DNA of 64,000 nt from an uncultured Eubacteriales bacterium (lineage in GTDB: Bacteria; Bacillota; Clostridia; Oscillospirales; CAG-272). How positions within the stretch are numbered: position 1 is the stretch's first letter; each line of letters opens with the position of its first letter. Shown one piece after another: positions 18,613 to 28,262 of the stretch. The notes beneath the pieces were generated by a model that was not told the origin of the DNA, made no database searches, and saw nothing but the letters and a program-made list of their open reading frames with translations. Location: NCBI GenBank assembly GCA_949299535.1, contig CASGAQ010000001.1:3886-67885 (forward strand). Reading direction: 5' to 3'. Made by a program: the position numbers and the translations under genes.

Positions 18613-19677
18613 TTAAATAACGATAAGCTCTTTAGGGCTTTTCGTGATGTTTAAAGGACCGCTTTCGCGAATCTGCATAACATCTTCTATTCTGACGCCG
18701 TATTCTCCCTCAATATATATTCCCGGCTCAACGGAAAAAACGTGTCCAACCGTTAGTTTCTGCCCGAAAGCTTTTGGTGAGAGCACCGGCTTTTCATGAA
18801 TATATATTCCCAAACTGTGACCCAGACTGTGTCCGAATCTGCCTGCAAAGCCCGCCTCGTTTATGATGTTGCGCGCAACGGAGTCCGCCTCCCCGCAGTC
18901 GCAGCCGCCATGAATAAAATCACAAGCTTCCTTCTGAGCGCGCAGTACGGTATCATATACTTTTTTCATTTGAGCGTCGGGCGTGCCTATGCAGACCGTG
19001 CGCGTCATGTCGGAACAATATCCCTTATATATGCAACCGAAATCCATGGTAAGAAATCCGCGTTCCAGCTTCACGGGGCGCGGCACTCCGTGAGGACGGC
19101 TCGAAGCCTTTCCGGAAACGCATATGGTATCGAAACTCGTGCCCTGCGCGCCGTGTTTTCTCATTCTGTACTCAAGCTCCAGCGCTACGTCTATCTCCGT
19201 CATATCGTATGTTATCATCGGAAGCACCTCCGCAAAAGCGGCGTCGCCTATGCTCTCCGCATGAGCGATAAGGTCCATCTCGTATTCGCTCTTTATCTGA
19301 GCCATTGTCGTAATGACGGCGCCCATCTTAACAAAGCTCTCCGCGTTTATTTTTTCTTTGTAAATGTCCATTGCGGACACGCTGACCTTATTTTCCTCAA
19401 AGCCGATGTTTTTTATGCCGCGCTCCGCGATAACGGAATTTATCTCTCCGAAGAAATTCTCCTTGGGCATGACTACGCGGCAGTTGCAAGCCTCGCTCTT
19501 TGCAGCCTCTATATATCGGAAATCAACATACAGAAAAGCGTCATTGCGCGTTACGAAAAGCGCGCCGTCAGTCATTGCAAAGCCTGTCAGATACAGTACC
19601 GTTTTCTCATCGGCGGAGAAAAATGCGTCCGCGTTTTCAGGGAACTTTTTTTGCAGAATCTTTATTTTATCGTCCAT
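18613..19677 (-). CDS. Xaa-Pro aminopeptidase / M24 family metallopeptidase
   Basis: 354 aa. Pita-bread motifs DFGCIYKGYCSDMTRT, HSLGHSLG and EPGIYIEGEYGVRIED. Its neighbour is efp, as with yqhT-efp in Bacillus. Confidence 0.88.
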   Translation of the reverse strand: MDDKIKILQKKFPENADAFFSADEKTVLYLTGFAMTDGALFVTRNDAFLYVDFRYIEAAKSEACNCRVVMPKENFFGEINSVIAERGIKNIGFEENKVSVSAMDIYKEKINAESFVKMGAVITTMAQIKSEYEMDLIAHAESIGDAAFAEVLPMITYDMTEIDVALELEYRMRKHGAQGTSFDTICVSGKASSRPHGVPRPVKLERGFLTMDFGCIYKGYCSDMTRTVCIGTPDAQMKKVYDTVLRAQKEACDFIHGGCDCGEADSVARNIINEAGFAGRFGHSLGHSLGIYIHEKPVLSPKAFGQKLTVGHVFSVEPGIYIEGEYGVRIEDVMQIRESGPLNITKSPKELIVI

Positions 19678-19717
19678 TTTTATCCTCGTAATATGTTTTT
19701 AAAATAAAAATTTAATA

Positions 19718-20848
19718 TCAAAAATCAATTATCTCCGCACCCATTATCGCGGAAAGACCGTATTTGAGCGCCATTGAAGCCACTTTTCTCTCTCTCTCGT
19801 CCTCGCTTTTAAGCTTCGGAAAAAGCTCGCGGAAAAGAGCGCCTTTTATCGAAAGGTCGTTTTTGAGAGTTTCATAATCGCCTATCGGGATTGTGCAGTC
19901 GTCCACCTCGATGTAGAAAACTCCCATATCGGAAGCGCAAACTCTCTCCGTCATAAAAGATGTATCGTGCGAAACTATTCCTGTAAGGCGCACGCGCAAC
20001 AGAGTGTCTTTCCCAAAGCCTTCTTTCTGCACGGCCTTTTTTATCTCCGCGCACATCTGCTCGTATGTGGAAAGTCCGCTCATGTCTATCTGAAGCTTTT
20101 CGTATCTTTTTTTGCAGAAACGCGGGTATTCAAAATTAGCGCGGAACACTCCGTTCTTTTTTTCAGCCTCTATGAATATGCCGCCTTTGCTGCCGCATTC
20201 GTCGAAAGAACGTCCTTCGGGACAGCCGCTGTACGCATAGTATGTTTTACCTCTCTTAACAGCCTCGCTGCCCGCATGAATGTGACCGAGAGCGACGTAA
20301 TCACACCCGCTTTTCTCAATACCGCTCTCCGTTATGGGACAGCTCGTGCTGTTACTGTTCAGCAGATCTGCGTGAGCGACGAATATGTTTATCTTATTCT
20401 CGTCAAGATATAATCTCGTTTCAAAAGGATTGCTGTCATAAACCTCTTGCTTGTAGGCAAAGCCGTATACCTCGACTCCTATATCGTCAAAGCAGAATTT
20501 CTGTACTTCCTCGCTTTTGAAAACGTATACGTTGTCAGGAAACTTCGTCTTGAGGTAAGCGCTGCCGGCAGAAGCCGGATCGTGATTGCCCGGAGTGATG
20601 ACAAATCGGCAGCCGGGATTCGACTCAAACTGAGAAACGATAAGCTCCATCGTTTCCTTCGTCACAAATCCGCTGTCGAACATATCTCCGGCTATCAGGA
20701 CGATATCCGCCTTTTTCATCTTCGCGTACATCATCATTGAAGTAAAAGTTCCGCGCAGTTCCTGTCTTCTCGCCTGAGATTTTTCAACGTCGAAAAGAGA
20801 AAAAGGCGAATCCAGATGAACGTCTGCTATATGTAATATTTTTACCAT
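19718..20848 (-). CDS. Metallophosphoesterase, SbcD/YhaO-like DNA repair exonuclease
   Basis: 376 aa. Contains MVKILHIADVHLDSPF, IAGDMFD, GNHD and ALGHIH. No SbcC/YhaN-like ATPase gene is adjacent. Confidence 0.75.
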   Translation of the reverse strand: MVKILHIADVHLDSPFSLFDVEKSQARRQELRGTFTSMMMYAKMKKADIVLIAGDMFDSGFVTKETMELIVSQFESNPGCRFVITPGNHDPASAGSAYLKTKFPDNVYVFKSEEVQKFCFDDIGVEVYGFAYKQEVYDSNPFETRLYLDENKINIFVAHADLLNSNSTSCPITESGIEKSGCDYVALGHIHAGSEAVKRGKTYYAYSGCPEGRSFDECGSKGGIFIEAEKKNGVFRANFEYPRFCKKRYEKLQIDMSGLSTYEQMCAEIKKAVQKEGFGKDTLLRVRLTGIVSHDTSFMTERVCASDMGVFYIEVDDCTIPIGDYETLKNDLSIKGALFRELFPKLKSEDERERKVASMALKYGLSAIMGAEIIDF

Positions 20849-20902
20849 AATCCCACCTTTATTCTTTTTAGAGCCAAGTCAAAATATTTTTTGTTTTTAA
20901 TT

Positions 20903-20934
20903 AAACGAAAAGGCTTTTGCAAGCCTTTTCGTTT
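20903..20934 (-). terminator. Hairpin terminator after the GH78 gene
   Basis: AAACGAAAAGGCTT-ttgc-AAGCCTTTTCGTTT, a perfect 14-bp stem. Confidence 0.5.
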
Positions 20935-20957
20935 AATCTTACTGATTATTTTGTTTC

Positions 20958-23579
20958 TCAATTTTCAAGCACGTATTCGCCCGAAGTAAATTCGAACACA
21001 GATTTACCGTTTTCCGTCCTGCAGGAAAGGGCATTTTCGCCGTCTTTGAGCTTTCCCGCGAATCTTTCGGGCAGGTAGAGCGTTCCGTGAGCGCCGAAAG
21101 GCACAGTAAGAGAAATTTTTATCTTTTCTCCGTCTTTCTGCCAGCTGCAGAATACTCTGCCGAGCATACTTTCGTGAGAAGCCTGCGCTCCCGAAAGCTC
21201 GCTGTCAACGGCAGGACGAAATATTACATGGCGGAAGCCAGGTTCTTTCTCATCGGGTGATATTCCGGCAATATATTTATACATGAAAGAAGAAAGGTCG
21301 GAGAACATATGGTGGTTGTGAGAACCGCCGCCGTTCCAGCATTCCCAAAGCGTTGTCGCGCCTCTGTTTATCCATTCCGCAACACCGGGGAATGTTTTCT
21401 GGAGTACCATTTGCGTGCCGACGTCGCCCAGTCCGGAAGAGCCGAGCGCATTCATAACAAACTTGCAGCCGAGAACGCCGAAATCAAGATGATAGTCCTT
21501 TTCCTTTATCTGCTCAAGCAGTCTTGAAAGAAGACCTTGTTTTTCTTCTTCGCCGTCGTAAAGCTCAAAAAACAGCATTGTTCCCGTCGCCGTCTGGCAG
21601 TCGCCTTTGACGGTGAAAATATTTTTGTCGAAAAACTTCTCGCGGAAAACTTCTCTTATTTTTGCGGCAAGCCCGCCGTAATAAGCTGCGTCCTCTTCAT
21701 TGCCGAATATGTTTGCAAGTTTTACGACCGTGTTCGCCGCATAGTAAAGATAGCCTGTATCCGTTACCTCTACGGGGCACTTATAGGAACCCATATTCAC
21801 GCCTATGGCAGGTCCTATGAAAGGAGCGCACCAGTCGCCCGTGCCGTAGTTCGGAGTGTAATCCTCGCACGTAGAGAGCGTGAAATCGATATTCTTCTTT
21901 ATAGCCTCGTAACTTTCGGCAAGAATTCTCTTGTCGTTGTTGTAAAGGTATATGTACCACGGAACAGTTATAAGCGCGCTGGACCAGTCCGGTCCCATAA
22001 GTCCGTAATATCCCCAGCCCGGAGAAGGAACAATACAAGGTATCTGGCCTGCCGGACGCTGTGAAGCCACAAGGTCATGGCTCCATTTTGAAAGGAAACA
22101 GCGAGTTCCGAAGTTTGTCAGCATCTGCTCGCAGGAAAGAGAAGTATCCCCCGTCCAGCCGTTCTTTTCTCTGTGAGGGTTGTCTGTCGGGAAAGACTCG
22201 AAGTTGGATAAGCTCGACCAGCGGCAAAGGTGCTGGAGTCTGTTGAGCATTTCGTCGGAGCAGGAAAACTGCCCTATATCTCCGACACCGTTGCATATGG
22301 CAACGCCCGTAACATCTTCAAGCTCCGGTTCATCTCCTCCGCATACTTCTATGTACTGGAAACCATGGTAAACAAAAGAAGGATGCCATTTTTCCGGCTT
22401 GTAGCTCTTTTTTATGTATTTGTCCGTCTGGAACTCACCGGAACGGACAAAACAACCCAAAGCATTAAAATCAAGCTCGCCGTTTTCTTCAAGAACATCT
22501 GAATAACGGAAAATGAACTCTCTCCCTGCCCTGCCCTTTACTGTAAATTCACCGAAACCGGCGATATTCTGTCCTATATCGAATATCCAGCCGTTTTTGC
22601 TTTTCCATTTTTTTACAGCAGGGAATTTTTTATATACGCGGATAGGCTCCATCTCTTGGGCGCGCATAACGCCGCCGGGACCTTTTGCAAGTTTTGTCTT
22701 GTCCCAGCCGCTGTCGTCATAGCCGGCTTCCGTCCAGTTGCCGAGTTCCAGACGTGCGTCGTAAAATTCGCCGTTGCGTATGCCCGTCATAGTTATGGGA
22801 CCGTCCGCAAAGCTTTTCCATGTCGTATCGGAAAGCACCTTCTGCACTCCGCCGTCTTTATAAGTTATTTTCAGCTCGCATATCATCTTTGGGAAGTTGC
22901 GCCATGTCGCCGCGTTGTAATCCCATGCGTCTTCCGTAAAACAGTTGTAAAAACCGTTGCCCAAAACTACGCCAACAGCGTTTTCGCCTTCGTCAAGAAG
23001 AGCTTTTACGTCGTACTGCATATAGTACGTTTCTTTGTCATAAGAGGAGAATGCAGGCGAAAGAAGGTCATCTCCCGTTTTTTTGCCGTTTATGAAGCTT
23101 TCAAAATAGCCAAGACCGCAAATCGTGAGAAAAGCACTTTCCACATCCTTGCCGACTTCAAAAGTCTTTCTCAGGTAATTTGCGCCGACCGTCTTTTTGT
23201 TTGCTCCGAAAGCGGCTATCCATTTTGCCTCAAAACGCTCGGAAAGTTTTCCCGTTATAAAACTTCCGCAGTCAGATAAAGCTCTTTCTCCGCAGGAGTT
23301 TTCTATCTCAACAGACCAAAAATATCTCTTTACAGGCAAAAGCTCTTTTCCCTCGTAGGAAACAAGAACGTTCTCGCCGTCCGATACCCAGCCGCTGTCC
23401 CATACGTCGCCGTTAAGCTCTCTGAGCGAGCTTTCGGAGGAAGAAACGCGGATACGGCGTTTTTTCTGTGCATCTCCATTTAAATCCGACGATATCTTAT
23501 ACGAAAAACGAGGCAAAGTATCCACTCCGCACGGTTCTTTCAGATAATTGACCGTCAAATCGTAAATTTTAAGACTCAT
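20958..23579 (-). CDS. Alpha-L-rhamnosidase (GH78)
   Basis: 873 aa with no signal peptide. The N-terminus MSLKIYDLTVNYLKEPCGVD..PRFSYK and the overall length and blocks are typical of bacterial GH78. Confidence 0.85.
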   Translation of the reverse strand: MSLKIYDLTVNYLKEPCGVDTLPRFSYKISSDLNGDAQKKRRIRVSSSESSLRELNGDVWDSGWVSDGENVLVSYEGKELLPVKRYFWSVEIENSCGERALSDCGSFITGKLSERFEAKWIAAFGANKKTVGANYLRKTFEVGKDVESAFLTICGLGYFESFINGKKTGDDLLSPAFSSYDKETYYMQYDVKALLDEGENAVGVVLGNGFYNCFTEDAWDYNAATWRNFPKMICELKITYKDGGVQKVLSDTTWKSFADGPITMTGIRNGEFYDARLELGNWTEAGYDDSGWDKTKLAKGPGGVMRAQEMEPIRVYKKFPAVKKWKSKNGWIFDIGQNIAGFGEFTVKGRAGREFIFRYSDVLEENGELDFNALGCFVRSGEFQTDKYIKKSYKPEKWHPSFVYHGFQYIEVCGGDEPELEDVTGVAICNGVGDIGQFSCSDEMLNRLQHLCRWSSLSNFESFPTDNPHREKNGWTGDTSLSCEQMLTNFGTRCFLSKWSHDLVASQRPAGQIPCIVPSPGWGYYGLMGPDWSSALITVPWYIYLYNNDKRILAESYEAIKKNIDFTLSTCEDYTPNYGTGDWCAPFIGPAIGVNMGSYKCPVEVTDTGYLYYAANTVVKLANIFGNEEDAAYYGGLAAKIREVFREKFFDKNIFTVKGDCQTATGTMLFFELYDGEEEKQGLLSRLLEQIKEKDYHLDFGVLGCKFVMNALGSSGLGDVGTQMVLQKTFPGVAEWINRGATTLWECWNGGGSHNHHMFSDLSSFMYKYIAGISPDEKEPGFRHVIFRPAVDSELSGAQASHESMLGRVFCSWQKDGEKIKISLTVPFGAHGTLYLPERFAGKLKDGENALSCRTENGKSVFEFTSGEYVLEN

Positions 23580-23796
23580 TTTTATATTACCTTTACTATT
23601 TAAGTTTTAGAGGCGAAATATTCAAGCCTCTTTGAATTTGGATTATATCATCTTTATTTCTTTTTTACAAGTATTTGAGCTTCTTTTGCCCCAAAAACTT
23701 TAAAGTGAGCTATAGCTTTAAAGACGCATTTTTTATTGACCGAAGGCGAATAATGTAGTATAATAAATATAATAAGCATAAAAACGGAGGAAAGAT

Positions 23797-24576
23797 TTGA
23801 AAGAAATAAAACTCCTTGCGCTCGGAGACGTCGTGCGACCGATATCTTGCGACTATCTGGCGAAAAATCTTTGGCGTTTCAGAAAAGAAAATGATATCAG
23901 CGCCGTCGTTGCAAACGGAGAAAATTCCTCGGAAAACGGCGGGATAGACAGGTACAGCGCTTCCTCGCTGCTCTCCTGCGGAGTCGATGTGATAACGACG
24001 GGAAACCATGTTTTCAGATGCTTCGACTCAAAAAAACTTCTGGAAGAAAACAAATACGTCATACGTCCGGCAAATTATCCGGACGCCCTGCCCGGATACG
24101 GATACACACTCTTTTCCGCCGCGGGCAAGACTTTTCTTTTTATCAACGTAATGGGAGTCATCATGATGGAGCCGCTTGCCGACCCTTTTGAAATCGTGGA
24201 AAAAATACTTGAAAAAAACAAGGGAAGATACGATATAGCCGTACTTGACATACATGCGGAAGCGACGAGTGAAAAACGCGCTCTTGCTTTTTATTTCGAC
24301 GGAAAGATAAACGCGGTATTCGGCACACACACTCACGTTCAAACCGCAGACGAGCAGATAATGCCCTTCGGAACGGCGTATATAACGGATTTGGGAATGT
24401 GCGGCCCCGACGACAGCGTTCTCGGCGTAGATCCTAAATGCATAATCGAAAAACTCCGTATGCATACCCCGGTCAAATTTACTGTGTCAGGATCAAAGGT
24501 TACGGCACACGGCGCAGTTTTTACATTCGACGCCGACACGAACAAAGCTTTAAAAATCGAAAGAGTTTCTTTTTGA
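23797..24576 (+). CDS. ymdB: YmdB-like metallophosphoesterase (TIGR00282 family, 2',3'-cyclic-nucleotide phosphodiesterase-like)
   Basis: 259 aa with a TTG start after GGAGGAAAGA. Contains LALGDVV, NGENS, TTGNH, DIHAEATSEK and GTHTHVQTAD. Confidence 0.85.
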   Translation: MKEIKLLALGDVVRPISCDYLAKNLWRFRKENDISAVVANGENSSENGGIDRYSASSLLSCGVDVITTGNHVFRCFDSKKLLEENKYVIRPANYPDALPGYGYTLFSAAGKTFLFINVMGVIMMEPLADPFEIVEKILEKNKGRYDIAVLDIHAEATSEKRALAFYFDGKINAVFGTHTHVQTADEQIMPFGTAYITDLGMCGPDDSVLGVDPKCIIEKLRMHTPVKFTVSGSKVTAHGAVFTFDADTNKALKIERVSF

Positions 24577-24582
24577 ACACAC

Positions 24583-24912
24583 GCTTTCTTGAAAGAAAGC
24601 TTGGCAAAGAACTTCAGTCAGAAAAAATTTAAGTCAAGCAGAAAAAATTAAGTCAGAGAAAACGAAGTAAAAGCTTCTTGAAAGAAAGCTTGGCAAAGAA
24701 CTTCAGTCAGAAAAAATTTAAGTCAAGCAGAAAAAATTAAGTCAGAGAAAACGAAGTAAAACCTTCTTGAAAGAAAGCTTGGCAAAAAACTTCAGTCAGA
24801 AAAAATTTAAGTCAAGCAGAAAAAATTAAGTCAGAGAAAACGAAGTAAAAGCTTCTTGAAAGAAAGCTTGGCAAAAAACTTCAGCCAAAAAAATTCAAGT
24901 CAAGAGAAAGGA
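24583..24912 (+). repeat. 89-bp tandem repeat, about 3.7 copies, filling the entire ymdB-ahcY intergenic spacer
   Basis: CTTGAAAGAAAGC recurs at 24588, 24677, 24766 and 24855, a period of exactly 89. Each unit has a palindrome (A)AGCTTCTTGAAAGAAAGCTT, then GGCAAAGAACTTCAGTC, then A6-tract sub-repeats AGTCA(A)GCAGAAAAAATT. Confidence 0.95.
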
Positions 24913-24918
24913 TAAAAA

Positions 24919-26151
24919 ATGAATCAGATAAAAGATATGGCTCTGGCACCGTCAGGCCATGAAAAAATAAACTGGGTAAAAGATTATATGCCCGCACTCT
25001 CCGCAATAGAAAAGGAATTTATAAAAACAAAGCCTTTCAGCGGAATGAAGATAGCTATGTCCATACACCTTGAAGCAAAAACAGCTTATCTTGCAACAGT
25101 CCTCAAAAACGGAGGCGCGGAAGTTTTCGCCACAGGCTGCAATCCTCTTTCCACTCAGGACGACGTAGCGGCAGCTCTCTGCGAATACGGCGTTCACGTT
25201 TACGCCGTTCACGGAGATGATGAGGATACATACGTCGCAAGACTTGAAAAAACTCTCTCTTGCAAGCCCGACCTCATTATAGATGACGGCGGTGATTTTA
25301 TCTCCCTGCTCCACGGCAAGAGCAAACACCTCGGCGAAAACCTCATAGGCGGCTGCGAAGAAACGACGACAGGTATCCACCGCCTTCGCCAAAGAGAGAA
25401 AAAAGGAACTCTCCTCTACCCCATGATAGACGTAAACGACGCAGACTGCAAACATCTTTTCGATAACAGATACGGCACAGGGCAGTCAACCCTCGACGCT
25501 CTCATGCATACGACGAATCTTATCGTCGCAGGCAAGACAGCCGTTGTAGCAGGCTACGGCTGGTGCGGCAAGGGCATAGCCATGAGACTCAAAGGAATGG
25601 GCGCGCGCGTCACAGTGACCGAAATAGACCCCGTAAAAGCGCTCGAAGCGGCTATGGACGGATTTTTAGTAATGAAAATGGACGATGCCGCACCTCTGGG
25701 AGATATATTCATCACGGCGACAGGTTGCAGCGACGTTCTTACGCGCCGTCATTTTGAAGTTATGAAAGACGGCGTGCTCCTTGCAAACTCCGGCCACTTC
25801 GACGTTGAAATAAATAAAAAAGACCTCGCCGAATTATCCGTTTCTCACGAGGAAAGAAAACCCTGCATAGAAGGCTTTACAATGCCCGACGGAAGAAAAC
25901 TCAATCTTCTTGCCGAAGGACGCCTTGTAAATCTCGCGGCAGGCAACGGCCATCCCGCGGAAATAATGGACATGAGCTTCGCAATACAGGCAAAGAGCCT
26001 TGAATATCTCGCCAAAAACCCCGGCAAAGCTCCCAAACTCTACGCCGTTCCAGAGGAAACTGACAAGGAAGTAGCAAACCTCAAACTTAAAAGCATGAAG
26101 CTCGGACTCGATATTCTCACCGAAGAACAAAAAGAATATCTCAGCTTATAA
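24919..26151 (+). CDS. ahcY: Adenosylhomocysteinase
   Basis: 410 aa. Contains the NAD domain VAGYGWCGKGIAMRLKGMGARV, plus EETTTG and GHFDVEI. Confidence 0.95.
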   Translation: MNQIKDMALAPSGHEKINWVKDYMPALSAIEKEFIKTKPFSGMKIAMSIHLEAKTAYLATVLKNGGAEVFATGCNPLSTQDDVAAALCEYGVHVYAVHGDDEDTYVARLEKTLSCKPDLIIDDGGDFISLLHGKSKHLGENLIGGCEETTTGIHRLRQREKKGTLLYPMIDVNDADCKHLFDNRYGTGQSTLDALMHTTNLIVAGKTAVVAGYGWCGKGIAMRLKGMGARVTVTEIDPVKALEAAMDGFLVMKMDDAAPLGDIFITATGCSDVLTRRHFEVMKDGVLLANSGHFDVEINKKDLAELSVSHEERKPCIEGFTMPDGRKLNLLAEGRLVNLAAGNGHPAEIMDMSFAIQAKSLEYLAKNPGKAPKLYAVPEETDKEVANLKLKSMKLGLDILTEEQKEYLSL

Positions 26152-26343
26152 ATCAATAAATCAAATAATTTCAAAAGTAATGGTGGGCAAAATGACGGAA
26201 AGTTTTCGCCCGCCTTTTTTATTTTTTCAAATTTTCTCAAATGTTCCAAATAATTATATTATAAATAAAGATATAATATATATATTAAATTATATTAAAC
26301 TATTGAATTAAAGGCGAAAATATGGTATAATATATGCATTATT

Positions 26344-27780
26344 ATGGGCAACTATATTCATGCCCCGAAAAGGACGGTTTTAATGGACTCATACAGAGAT
26401 ATATGGAATCTTGTGCTTAACGAGCTTGCCAAAAAGTTTTCAGACGCGGCAATGGAACTGTGGTTCAACAAGCTCACTCTCGTGTACCTGGACGATTCCA
26501 TCGCTATCATAACTACTCAAAGCGACGGTTTCGTAGCGCTTTTGAATAAAAGATACGCTCCCGAAATAGAGAAGATACTCGAAAATATCCTCAGTTTCCA
26601 TGTCAAGGTAAAGATATATTCCGAAAAAGGCTTCGACCTTGACAAGGCAAAAACCGAATTTCTGCTCGAAAATACGGAAAGTTCTTTTATCCCTCAGAAC
26701 GAGACCGTTTTGCCTCAAAGCAAAAACGACGACTTTTACAGCGACGACAAAACAGAAAGAACGATAACATCATTCGACTCAAACTATACATTCGAAAATT
26801 TCGTGGTCGGTGAATCCAACAAGTTCGCATACAAGGCAAGCCGCGCCGTTGCGGACAATCCCACCTCATATAATCCCCTATTTATCTACGGTCAGAGCGG
26901 TCTGGGAAAAACTCACCTTATGAAAGCCATCGCCTCCGAAGTGCTGAAAAAAAATCCTTCTTACAACGCAATAATAGTAAAAGGCGAATCTTTTACCAAT
27001 GAACTCATCGAAGCTATCGCAAAAAAGGATACGGCAGGCTTTAAGGAAAAATACAGAAAAGCCGATATGCTGCTCATAGACGACATACAGTTTATAGCCG
27101 GAAAAGTTTCCACTCAGGAAGAATTTTTCCACACCTTCAACGCGCTCTATGAATCCAACAAGCAGATAGTTCTCACCTCCGACCGGCCGCCGAAAGATAT
27201 GAAACAGCTCGAGGACAGACTTCGCAGCAGATTTGAATCCGGACTTATCATCGATATCCAGCCGCCCGACGCAGAGCTGAGAATGGCTATCCTCAAAAGA
27301 AAAGCCATGCTCATCAATATCGAGATATCCAACGAGGTGCTCACATTCATAGCTGAAAACGTAAAAAACAATATCCGTCAGATAGAAGGCGTTATCAAAA
27401 AACTCGGCGCATACAGCTTCGTCACAAACAAGCCGATAACGATAGACGTGGCAAAAACTCAGCTCGCCGGGGTACTGAGCGGCAAGGAATCTCCTGAAAT
27501 AACGGTCGAAAGGATAATTTCCGAAATAGCAAAGAAATATCATATCACGCCTGAGGAGATAAAAGGCAAAAAACGCTCCAAGGACGTCGCTATGGCGCGC
27601 CATGTTTCCGTATACGTCATCAGAAAGGCAACGGATATGTCGCTGAAGAGCATAGGCAAGATATTCGACCGTGATCACACGACGATGATGTCATCTCTTG
27701 ACGTGGTGGAGAGCGAGATGGAAGCAGACTCGAATTTCGAACATGATGTAAATGCACTTATCCGCGAATTTAAGACCTGA
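26344..27780 (+). CDS. dnaA: Chromosomal replication initiator DnaA
   Basis: 478 aa. AAA+ Walker A GQSGLGKTHL, with DDIQF and the C-terminal DnaA signature. An alternative and perhaps better start is the ATG at 26383 (MDSYRDIWNLV) after AAAAGGA. Confidence 0.97.
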   Translation: MGNYIHAPKRTVLMDSYRDIWNLVLNELAKKFSDAAMELWFNKLTLVYLDDSIAIITTQSDGFVALLNKRYAPEIEKILENILSFHVKVKIYSEKGFDLDKAKTEFLLENTESSFIPQNETVLPQSKNDDFYSDDKTERTITSFDSNYTFENFVVGESNKFAYKASRAVADNPTSYNPLFIYGQSGLGKTHLMKAIASEVLKKNPSYNAIIVKGESFTNELIEAIAKKDTAGFKEKYRKADMLLIDDIQFIAGKVSTQEEFFHTFNALYESNKQIVLTSDRPPKDMKQLEDRLRSRFESGLIIDIQPPDAELRMAILKRKAMLINIEISNEVLTFIAENVKNNIRQIEGVIKKLGAYSFVTNKPITIDVAKTQLAGVLSGKESPEITVERIISEIAKKYHITPEEIKGKKRSKDVAMARHVSVYVIRKATDMSLKSIGKIFDRDHTTMMSSLDVVESEMEADSNFEHDVNALIREFKT

Positions 27781-28262
27781 AGCCCTGTCGGAAAATGTTG
27801 AAAAAGGTTTTCCACATGGTGTGGAAAACAATGTTGAAAACTTTGAAAAAGTATTTTTCGTCAAAGCTTTTCGTCAAAAATTCCATGTTTGAAACCATGT
27901 TGATAAAAACAAATTATCATTCCCGTTTTTTCAAGATATCATACATACATTTTTTCGCAAGAAGGATTTTCCACCGCTTTTTTCCTTTTCAACATCCGCG
28001 TTTTCCAACGTTTCCACTTTTTTTCCGAGCGCGAAAAAACGTATCCCGAAAAAGGCTGAAATTCCACAAATTTTCAATCGGAAATCTACCCGCGAAAAAG
28101 TGTATCGATAACTGAAAAACTCTGTTTTCTGCTTGATTTTTCAGATTTCCACAAAATCTACATACACTGCTTTTTCTACTACTGCCATTATTATTTATTT
28201 TATTTTTTATAATATATAAAACCGCGGTATAAATAAGACCGCGGAAAAAGAAAGGTTGAAAA
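27781..28262. promoter_or_regulatory. oriC: oriC: DnaA-box cluster, possible DnaA-trio and AT-rich unwinding element between dnaA and dnaN
   Basis: Perfect boxes: TTTTCCACA at 27808-27816 and TGTGGAAAA at 27820-27828, forming an inverted pair. Variant boxes: TTTTCCACC 27967-27975, TTTTCCAAC 28001-28009, GTTTCCACT 28010-28018, AATTCCACA 28060-28068 and ATTTCCACA 28145-28153. These are followed by CTACTACTG at 28176-28184 and the AT-rich run ATTATTATTTATTTTATTTTTTATAATATATAAAA. Confidence 0.8.

Noticed and set aside
19718-20848. SbcD-like nuclease as part of a defence or SbcCD-type system
   Set aside because: No partner ATPase (SbcC/YhaN-like) or other defence-type gene is adjacent. The neighbours are housekeeping genes (an M24 peptidase and efp), so it is treated as an ordinary YhaO-like repair nuclease.
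24583-24912. CRISPR array or SAH riboswitch upstream of ahcY
   Set aside because: The 89-bp units are contiguous with no unique spacers and there are no cas genes, so it is not a CRISPR array. I could not recognise the SAH-riboswitch pseudoknot motifs, and the same unit simply repeats, so no riboswitch is claimed.
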